DNA of 14,122 nucleotides, taken from Pseudobdellovibrionaceae bacterium. GTDB taxonomy: Bacteria; Bdellovibrionota; Bdellovibrionia; Bdellovibrionales; Bdellovibrionaceae. The notes beneath the pieces were generated by a model. The model did no database searches. It saw only the letters and a list, made by a program, of their open reading frames with translations, and had not been told where the DNA came from. A program made the position numbers and the translations under genes. Every line of letters begins with the position of its first letter. Position 1 is the first letter of the stretch. Below are positions 8,123-14,122 of this stretch, one piece after another. The stretch covers positions 1-14,122 of the forward strand of contig JBDHWW010000068.1 in assembly GCA_039810425.1 (NCBI GenBank). The letters run 5' to 3'.

Positions 8123-8887
8123 ATGAGAATGACAATGATCCTTGCGTCGATCTGTGCGTTCCTCGTTTCTTGCGCCACACTGACTGGTGGAGGCGAAGGC
8201 CAACAACCACAAGAACAAGTGTCACTGGAAAATGCATCACCATCATTAGATGCGCCAACCGCACCCATGGGCTCAACAGATCAAGCTTACAGCTCTCCAG
8301 ATCTAGGCGGCGACTCCGCAGGCCAGCCCGCAATGGAAGCTCAACAAGCGGCGAACCAAACTGCCCAAGCAGATGCCTTGAATGAGCAACGTTCAACCTC
8401 GGAATTGGATGCGGCAGCCCCGGAATCAACATCTTCTGGAGCGGACGGCTTTTATGCAAGTTCACAACCAGCCGCGCCCGAGGTGGAGCAAGTAGTGACT
8501 CCTCCATCTGAATTGCCACAAAAACAAATCGCCTCTTGGGACCAACATACAAGTGCTCCTTCTTATCAAGAAGAAGTGAAGCCAATGCCAGTGAAGAAGT
8601 CTAAAAAAATTGCAAAAAGCAGTAAGCAAGCCAAAAAGAAAATCGCCAAGCATAGCAAGAAGTCTAAAAAAGAGATTGCTAAACACAGCGCTAAGAAATC
8701 TACGAAAGCCATCGCGACACATAAAAAGTCAAAAGTTGATTGCAAAAAAGTCGCTAAGAATACGAAGAAATCCAGCAAGCACGAAATCGCCATGTGCAAA
8801 GCCAAGATCAAAAAAGTCGCGAAGCTTAAAAAGTCTGGCAAGACTGGCAAAGTGGCCCAAGCTGGCTGCCAATGTGACTATCGCTAA
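8123..8887 (+). CDS. Lipoprotein with acidic disordered N-half and Lys/Ala-rich repeat C-half
   Basis: SD-like AGAGGGG upstream; lipobox-type signal ending FLVS-C; repeats such as KKSKKEIAKHS. Confidence 0.85.
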   Translation: MRMTMILASICAFLVSCATLTGGGEGQQPQEQVSLENASPSLDAPTAPMGSTDQAYSSPDLGGDSAGQPAMEAQQAANQTAQADALNEQRSTSELDAAAPESTSSGADGFYASSQPAAPEVEQVVTPPSELPQKQIASWDQHTSAPSYQEEVKPMPVKKSKKIAKSSKQAKKKIAKHSKKSKKEIAKHSAKKSTKAIATHKKSKVDCKKVAKNTKKSSKHEIAMCKAKIKKVAKLKKSGKTGKVAQAGCQCDYR

Positions 8888-8902
8888 GAAATTCTTCTAA
8901 GG

Positions 8903-9400
8903 CTAATACTGAAGTACGGAACGAATAGTGGCGTTCTTGAACCTCATCTGGTTCAAGAACGTCAGATTTATCAAGACGGCGACGTCATCGACCTTATAGC
9001 CCGCTTGCGTGCTGAGGTCGATCGCCGCTTGCAGGGTGCCACCGGTGGCAAGCACATCATCCACGATCATTACGTGACCCGTGCCTGGCGGTAGTTCAAT
9101 CGTCGCTTTTCCATACTCGAGATCATAACTGGTTTTTAGCACCGGCGGAGGAAGCTTGCCGGCTTTACGGATCGGCAAGAAGCCTTTCTTGTGGGTGGTT
9201 GCCAGTAGCATGGCCAGGATAAAGCCGCGGGATTCGATCCCCGCAAAATACTCAATTTTTGAGAGGTCGACTCCTTCAACCATTTTATGGGCGACAAAAT
9301 CCATGGCTTCCGGATTTTTCAAAAGTGGGGAAATATCGCGGAATAAAACACCTTTGCTTGGAAAATCGGGGACATCGCGGACTAATGCTTTTAGATTCAT
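8903..9400 (-). CDS. apt: Adenine phosphoribosyltransferase
   Basis: PDFPSKGVLFRDISPLL, GIESRGF, IRKAGKLP, YDLEYG and the PRPP motif IVDDVLATGGT. The ATG at 9400 follows a GAGG SD. Confidence 0.97.
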   Translation of the reverse strand: MNLKALVRDVPDFPSKGVLFRDISPLLKNPEAMDFVAHKMVEGVDLSKIEYFAGIESRGFILAMLLATTHKKGFLPIRKAGKLPPPVLKTSYDLEYGKATIELPPGTGHVMIVDDVLATGGTLQAAIDLSTQAGYKVDDVAVLINLTFLNQMRFKNATIRSVLQY

Positions 9401-9418
9401 GCAAACCTCTGTCCGCAA

Positions 9419-9447
9419 AAGGTAAAACCCCACTAAAGGGATGTCAA
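9419..9447 (-). promoter_or_regulatory. sigma70-type promoter for apt
   Basis: TTGACA (9442-9447), 17-nt spacer, TACCTT (9419-9424), upstream of the SD and ATG. Confidence 0.65.
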
Positions 9448-9597
9448 TTTTTTCAAAAAGGCCCCAGTGACGGTTTTTTTATCTTGAGCTTCGGGAGTGC
9501 GACCTGCTAAGACGCGATCACTACTTTGTATATACCGGGAATAGGCCCGGCGTTTCTACCAAACACCGCAAATGTTTGACTACAAGGAGTGAAAGAC

Positions 9598-10182
9598 ATG
9601 GCTATTGTCCGTGCCCAAGTTCTGTCTGTTGTTTCCGTTTTTTTTTCTCTCGCCGCGCCGGCGGCACCAATCCAAGATCTTTTTACGCAATTGCGTGACT
9701 CGGGTCTCAACTACGAAGTTGTCGGAACAGTTTGCGAACAGGTTTCTCGCCTTGAACTGCAAAAAGTTTATCCGGTTTCCCAATATGAAGTCGTCAATGG
9801 CATTGAATACGGTGATGCGACTCGCACAATCGGAGAACTAGATGTGGTTGTTTTCGACAAAGCCACAAAAAAAGCGGTTCTTGTTGGCGAAGTAAAATGC
9901 TGGAAAGATCTAAAGAGCGCGATTGCCAAAGCGCGTGATCAACGTTTTCGGTTTCAGAAGTCTCTTGCTAAAGACATCGCACTTCATGACTACCAAACCG
10001 ACTATGACAAAGAGCAATTTTCTAGTGTTCAAAAGTATGTCGCGATCGCCCCAAAAGGTGCAAAGGCCGCTGGCTTTGAGGTGGATATGGAAAACAGTTT
10101 GGGCGAGTTGATGCAGCTTCGCGATATGCTGATGACGTGCCAAGACCAAGGCCAGTGCGCACCGCCAAGCCGCGATCACTAA
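9598..10182 (+). CDS. Exported protein with PD-(D/E)XK nuclease-like motifs
   Basis: AAGGAG (9584-9589) lies 8 nt before the ATG. Signal peptide ends A-P-A. Motifs GTVCEQV, GELDVVVF, LVGEVKCW and KARDQ. Confidence 0.7.
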   Translation: MAIVRAQVLSVVSVFFSLAAPAAPIQDLFTQLRDSGLNYEVVGTVCEQVSRLELQKVYPVSQYEVVNGIEYGDATRTIGELDVVVFDKATKKAVLVGEVKCWKDLKSAIAKARDQRFRFQKSLAKDIALHDYQTDYDKEQFSSVQKYVAIAPKGAKAAGFEVDMENSLGELMQLRDMLMTCQDQGQCAPPSRDH

Positions 10183-10263
10183 CACTGAGCGACCGCATCC
10201 TTAAAATAAGACACTAACCTGGCGCGGTTTCCATATAAAATAAGTCTCATTCAGGGGGGATTT

Positions 10264-10509
10264 ATGGAACCGCGCTTTATTCGTTCCCACGTGCATATCA
10301 ACTTACATCCGATTGACCGCTGGATACGTATTGTTGTCGGAGCTGTCGCAATCTTGATGGCGTTTCAAAACCACCAGTTCAATGCTTGGTATCTGCTCGG
10401 AGTGGTGCCACTGCTGACGGGCATTGTTGGCTTCTGTCCACTCTATTTTCTGCTGGGGCTAAACACCAACCGTTGGGCTCGGGTCAAGACGGACACGTCG
10501 AGGAAGTGA
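10264..10509 (+). CDS. DUF2892 / YgaP-like membrane protein
   Basis: NLHPIDRWIRIVVG...LLGVVPLLTGIVGFCPLYFLLGLNT; G-rich SD upstream. Confidence 0.9.
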   Translation: MEPRFIRSHVHINLHPIDRWIRIVVGAVAILMAFQNHQFNAWYLLGVVPLLTGIVGFCPLYFLLGLNTNRWARVKTDTSRK

Positions 10510-11811
10510 AACGGGCAGTTTAACAATAAAGCAGGCGCCGCTGCCGTTGCGGGCATTGTGAATTTCAACAGTGCCGTTGTGGGCATCGACGATTTCTTTT
10601 ACTAAAAAGAGTCCCAGGCCACTTGATGCCTCCCCATCGGTTGGCTGAGCTGTCAGGCGCTGGTACTTCTGGAAAGCTTTACTGCGGTCTTCAGGTGACA
10701 ATCCGGGGCCCTGGTCTTCAACTTCAACAACGACAAACTGATTTTCTTTAAAAGTTCTGAGCGTGATATTGCTGCCCCTTGGAGAAAACTTAATCGCATT
10801 GCCGATCAGGTTGACGAAAAGGTCCCAGATCTTGCTGGCATTTCCCGCCATAATGAGCGACTTTACCTCAGGGTTAAAAATAATGTGCTGATCTTTACGA
10901 AGTGCCAACGGTTGCTGAGCATAGCAAACGTCTTCAAGACACTTCACCATATCAAAATCTGCAACCTGTTGAGACGGTTTACCCGTTGTGAGCGCCTTCG
11001 GGTCTACCAGTTGATTTACCAATCCCAAAGTTTGCGCCGATACCTGACGGATGATGCCCGTCAATTCGGCGACAGTCGGGTGCGAGGTCTCTTCTGAAAT
11101 TAGGTCCGCCAGCCCCTGAATCGAACCCAGGGGGTTGCGCAGGTCGTGAGCCGTGGCCTTTAATAGGTGCGTCTTAGAAAGACTTGCTTGTTCCAGCTCG
11201 AAGTTGGCTTTGCTGATGGATTGGATTGCTTCTGTCAGAGTTTTCTCAGTACGGCGGCGATGGCGGGCATACAGCACCCACACCACACCAATGGTTGCGA
11301 GCAAAAGAGTATCGACGATCGAGGCAATCAGGATCTGAATGCGAGCATTTTGGTTTTGAACCCGATCACTCCCAAGACGGTCCTTGAGAAGGTTTTCTTC
11401 CGTTTCATTGATTTTGTTCAGGCTATGTAAAATCAAAGCCTGCTGTTCCGGCGACAACGCTTGAACTTTATTGCCGGCGTCTAAAGTTAAAAGAGAGTTC
11501 AAACGTGCGACCTCGGTCTGCTGAACCGGATTTTCAGCAGTCAGTATTTGGAGCTTTGAAAGTCGCATTTTCAGATTTTGAAAGAGACGCGAGGATTCAC
11601 TAACTGGGGTTTTCAACGACTTTTGTAGTCTGTCGATGTCTTGATCAATGCGGCTGGCTTCGTTGATGACTTGATAGCTTGACACGACCATCTGGCCGGT
11701 GCTTTCAGTGATGTCCGACTGGCGAAGCGCGATAAAATCAAAAGCGCTCCCCACTAAGACTGTCAGCGCCAGCGCCATCCAAAATCCGTTTCTTAACGAA
11801 AACAAGTTCAT
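10459..11811 (-). CDS. Membrane sensor histidine kinase with short CHASE3-like periplasmic domain
   Basis: Two TM segments flank LTAENPVQQ. H box AHDLRNPL, N box NLIGNAIKFS, G1 DQGPG, G2 GLGL. SD AGGAG. Confidence 0.93.
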   Translation of the reverse strand: MNLFSLRNGFWMALALTVLVGSAFDFIALRQSDITESTGQMVVSSYQVINEASRIDQDIDRLQKSLKTPVSESSRLFQNLKMRLSKLQILTAENPVQQTEVARLNSLLTLDAGNKVQALSPEQQALILHSLNKINETEENLLKDRLGSDRVQNQNARIQILIASIVDTLLLATIGVVWVLYARHRRRTEKTLTEAIQSISKANFELEQASLSKTHLLKATAHDLRNPLGSIQGLADLISEETSHPTVAELTGIIRQVSAQTLGLVNQLVDPKALTTGKPSQQVADFDMVKCLEDVCYAQQPLALRKDQHIIFNPEVKSLIMAGNASKIWDLFVNLIGNAIKFSPRGSNITLRTFKENQFVVVEVEDQGPGLSPEDRSKAFQKYQRLTAQPTDGEASSGLGLFLVKEIVDAHNGTVEIHNARNGSGACFIVKLPVSLPRRVRLDPSPTVGV

Positions 11812-12035
11812 GGCGTCTCCTAATTCCTAAGGATGTGACAAAACTATCATACCCACTAGCAGAGTAAAACGACAATTCTAACGCAGAGGTACTTCTTACA
11901 AAAGGGGGCTTTACTTGAAAACACATTTAATTCTTTATGATGTTTATGTAAAGAAAAATTCAAATCCGCTCTAAGTGCTTAATTGTGGATTTTAGATCAA
12001 CAGTTTTTCGCTAGATGCGGCAAGAAACGGACCCC

Positions 12036-12074
12036 TTCATGGGGTTTGGTGTTTATATGCCACCGGTCATTTTT
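12036..12074. repeat. Direct repeat copy A: displaced dsbA 3' end (attR-like)
   Basis: TTCATGGGGTTTGGTGTTT-ATATGCCACCGGTCATTTTT matches 13230-13269 at 35/40 positions and reads K-M-T-G-G-I-stop on minus. Confidence 0.85.
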
Positions 12075-12123
12075 AATGTCGGTTCATCAAGTGATTCAAC
12101 GGTGAATGTTAAGGTGATTGCCG

Positions 12124-12154
12124 AAAAAATTAAAACGAACTTTGAGAAAGTTCG
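12124..12154 (-). terminator. Rho-independent terminator of the TA operon
   Basis: Minus strand CGAACTTT-CTC-AAAGTTCG followed by TTTTAATTTTTT, about 45 nt after the toxin stop. Confidence 0.7.
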
Positions 12155-12197
12155 GGATGAGTTTGACGGTAAGTCCGCCTTGGACAAGGACCTTGGG

Positions 12198-12629
12198 TTA
12201 GAGCTTGAATTTCTCCACGGCCTCTCGTGCCGTGATGATTTTAATTCCAGAAATTTCTTTGAGTGAAAGAAGGTCGGCTTTATCGCCTGTGATGATGAAG
12301 TCGGCTTGTCCCTCAACCGCCAAAGATAAAAACTTGTCGTCATCGGGGTCAGGGCTTGCCGTGATGGGAGTGAGGATTTCCACGCGTTCGGTTTCGTTGA
12401 TAAAAAGGGCGGTGAGATGGCTGATAGCTTCGTCGGTGATTTTTTTATATTTGCGGATATGGGGATATTCCAAAACCCGCAGATATTCACTGACGACCTC
12501 ATCGGAAATCAAGAGCGTAATTTTTTTCGTGTGAACGGCGTCCAAAACTTTCGTTGGTGGTGTGCCGGAGGTGATAAGCCCGCTCACAACGATGTTCGTA
12601 TCCACCACCAAACGAGGCGTTTTAGGCAC
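12198..12629 (-). CDS. PIN-domain (VapC-like, PIN_3 type) toxin
   Basis: VVDTNIVVS, EYLRVL, DPDDDKFL and IITGDKADLL carry the acidic PIN residues. The GTG start overlaps the antitoxin stop (GTGCCTAA). Confidence 0.92.
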   Translation of the reverse strand: MPKTPRLVVDTNIVVSGLITSGTPPTKVLDAVHTKKITLLISDEVVSEYLRVLEYPHIRKYKKITDEAISHLTALFINETERVEILTPITASPDPDDDKFLSLAVEGQADFIITGDKADLLSLKEISGIKIITAREAVEKFKL

Positions 12630-12891
12630 GGGCTTTCTTTCTCACGGCTTTGATGGCCTTGGTGATGTCAGCTTCAAGATCTTCGAGGTCCACGTTTTTA
12701 TTGGCTTCACGGATTTCCGCTACTGTCTTCCAGGGGTCAATGTTTCTCAAGGCCCGTCTAATCATTAAAGATTGGGCGACAATGCCACTGATGGACGTCC
12801 CTTTCTCAAAGGCTTCTTTTGCCACATCTTCGTGGGCCTCAGGTGAGAGGCGGACATGAACTTGACCTTTAAATGCTCTACGGGTACCCAT
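12622..12891 (-). CDS. Antitoxin with HicB-like ribbon-helix-helix N-terminus (89 aa)
   Basis: FKGQVHVRLSPEAHEDVAKEAFEKGTSISGIV resembles the HicB RHH domain. GGAGG precedes the ATG at 12891, and the gene overlaps the toxin by 8 nt. Confidence 0.85.
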   Translation of the reverse strand: MGTRRAFKGQVHVRLSPEAHEDVAKEAFEKGTSISGIVAQSLMIRRALRNIDPWKTVAEIREANKNVDLEDLEADITKAIKAVRKKARA

Positions 12892-12908
12892 AAATACCTC
12901 CATAACGT

Positions 12909-12942
12909 ATACCAATATACCACCATACCGTGGTCATGTAAA
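12909..12942 (-). promoter_or_regulatory. TA promoter with operator-like GGTAT repeats
   Basis: TTTACA (12937-12942), 17-nt spacer, TATATT (12914-12919) with extended -10 TG. GGTAT occurs at 12925-12929, 12917-12921 and 12909-12913. Confidence 0.7.
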
Positions 12943-12981
12943 GAGGCATATTTCGCAGGTGTTAGGCCCACTTAGGGGTAA

Positions 12982-13008
12982 ACGAAAAACGGGGCCGATG
13001 GGCCCCGT
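12982..13008 (-). terminator. Rho-independent terminator upstream of the TA promoter
   Basis: Minus strand ACGGGGCC-CATC-GGCCCCGT followed by TTTTCGTTT. Confidence 0.75.
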
Positions 13009-13032
13009 ATGGCGGTCTTATTCAGGACTGCG

Positions 13033-13182
13033 ATGGATTTTCTCAAAGAGCATACTGGGATTTGGGAAGACCCGATTTTCGGTCAAGGAATGTATAAAAT
13101 GAAAGAATTAAAACCCCGCTATGAATTCAAACACCGAATCCTCCGCGGCCACGCCGAGAGTTTAGGATTTGTGATCGTTTAA
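13033..13182 (+). CDS. Small ORF (49 aa; 57 aa from 13009), absent from the ORF track
   Basis: MDFLKEHTGIWEDPIFGQGMYKMKELKPRYEFKHRILRGHAESLGFVIV*. AGGA at 13024-13027 precedes the ATG. Confidence 0.4.
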   Translation: MDFLKEHTGIWEDPIFGQGMYKMKELKPRYEFKHRILRGHAESLGFVIV

Positions 13183-13229
13183 CTTTATCAGCCGAGGTTT
13201 AGCCAATGGCCCGTGTTTATCTTATGATA

Positions 13230-13269
13230 TTCACGGGCTTTGGTGTTTTATAGGCCACCAGTCATTTTT
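13230..13269. repeat. Direct repeat copy B: current dsbA 3' end (attL-like)
   Basis: TTCACGGGCTTTGGTGTTTTATAGGCCACCAGTCATTTTT reads K-M-T-G-G-L-stop on minus. Confidence 0.85.
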
Positions 13270-14012
13270 GCGACTCTTTCTAATTCCTCGATTTTTTGAG
13301 CACCATGTAAGGCAACCCCATTAATTAAAATTACAGGTGCGCCCGTAAAACCAAATTTTTGAAATTCAGCCATATCTTCCTCGATGACTTGTTTCACTTT
13401 GTCTGACTTTATATCCTGTTGGAGTCTTTTAGGGTCCGCTCCGACGGCCTGAGCTGTTTTCTTCAAAAAATTTTCGTCTGACATTTGTCTTTGGTTTTCA
13501 AAAACGAGGTCGTAAAATTTAATGGCTTTTGTTGTGTCTTGAACTTTAATACCTTCAAAATAGAGTGCCGCCGGAAATGCCATTTTGTGAAAGTCCAGAG
13601 GCATGTGTTTGTAGTAGAATTGCACCTGTCCTTTATATTTCTTTTTAAACTCATTCAAAGATTCATAGGCCATTCGGCAGGCAGGACATTGGAAGTCAGC
13701 ATATTCCACGATTGTTATTTTTGAATTTGAATCACCTGCAAGTCGGCGGTCATCTGTGAGTTTCGGCTTCTTAGGATTTTTAATATCTTTTTCTTGTTCC
13801 TCTTTCATTTCAGAAACTTGTTTTTCGTATTGCTTTTGTTGGGCTTTCTGTGCGGCCCGATTAACGACCTCGATGAATTGCTCAGGATTTTCTTCGAAGA
13901 TGTCAAAAATGATTTTTGGATTCTTTCGCAAAGCTTCTTTGAGCTGGGATTCGTTTGTCGCACACCCCAGGAGTGCCAGTAAAGCACAGGCCATTAAAAT
14001 TGTTTTTTTCAT
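13248..14012 (-). CDS. DsbA-family (ScsC/BdbD-like) thiol-disulfide oxidoreductase lipoprotein
   Basis: Lipobox LLGC, N-terminal helical extension, IVEYADFQCPAC active site, KHMPL and cis-Pro loop GFTGAP. SD GGAGGAG. Confidence 0.93.
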   Translation of the reverse strand: MKKTILMACALLALLGCATNESQLKEALRKNPKIIFDIFEENPEQFIEVVNRAAQKAQQKQYEKQVSEMKEEQEKDIKNPKKPKLTDDRRLAGDSNSKITIVEYADFQCPACRMAYESLNEFKKKYKGQVQFYYKHMPLDFHKMAFPAALYFEGIKVQDTTKAIKFYDLVFENQRQMSDENFLKKTAQAVGADPKRLQQDIKSDKVKQVIEEDMAEFQKFGFTGAPVILINGVALHGAQKIEELERVAKMTGGL

Positions 14013-14122
14013 AGCTCCTCCAGTTTTTTGATAAAGGAATCCCTTTTGTCTAGCTTTTTTCTCGTCGGACTTTTAACGCAGAAGTTTAGTGCATAGTTTT
14101 TTCATCCCAAAGTTTTCTGTTC

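Larger units (their letters stand above)
12075..13269. mobile_element. Putative 1.2-kb integrase-less mini-island in the dsbA 3' end carrying a TA module
   Basis: Bounded by the dsbA 3'-end direct repeat. Contains the TA operon, its promoter, two terminators and a small ORF, but no recombinase. Confidence 0.6.

Noticed and set aside
11927..11955. dif-like TTATGTAAAGA within a TTCTTTA/TAAAGAA inverted repeat
   Set aside because: There is no XerC arm ending in ATAA at 6-bp spacing, and the AT-rich context makes a chance match likely.
12015..12266. 83-aa plus ORF
   Set aside because: It runs through the att-like repeat, the TA terminator and the toxin 3' end, and has no SD.
12053..12502. 149-aa minus ORF ending KMTGGI as a dsbA paralog
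   Set aside because: It has no CxxC, overlaps the PIN gene out of frame and crosses a terminator. Ungapped comparison with dsbA beyond 12074 is near random apart from one AATTAAAA match.
12900..12967. Integron attC for the TA module (GTTAGGC at 12961)
   Set aside because: There is no matching RYYYAAC with an intervening palindrome, and no intI or cassette array.
2505..14031. Many short ORFs nested in or antisense to the called genes (for example 8566-8850, 4508-4924, 13756-14031)
   Set aside because: They are shadow frames of well-supported genes. The hydrophobic 8566-8850 peptide simply mirrors the Lys-rich repeat.

Overview
This 14.1 kb bacterial chromosomal window is probably from a Bdellovibrio-like organism (inference from gene content: an AgmX/PglI C-terminal-domain protein, a DsbA lipoprotein and several exported hydrolase-like proteins). 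From left to right it holds an ankyrin-repeat ORF, about 690 bp of hairpin-rich non-coding DNA, a minus-strand tRNA-Arg(CCT) absent from the ORF track, a 63-aa hypothetical gene, a secreted PLA2-like gene downstream of radD, dps, the AgmX/PglI-type exported protein, an M1 peptidase, a lipoprotein with a Lys/Ala-rich tail, apt, a signal-peptide protein with PD-(D/E)XK nuclease motifs, DUF2892, an orphan CHASE3-like histidine kinase, a PIN toxin with a HicB-type RHH antitoxin, and dsbA. The most notable hidden structure is an imperfect 40-bp direct repeat of the dsbA 3' end (KMTGGL* vs KMTGGI*, 35/40 identical, 1195 bp apart). It brackets the toxin-antitoxin operon, its promoter and operator-like repeats, two terminators and an uncalled small ORF. 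This looks like an integrase-less mini-island inserted at the dsbA 3' end. All calls come from reading the sequence by eye; no searches were run.
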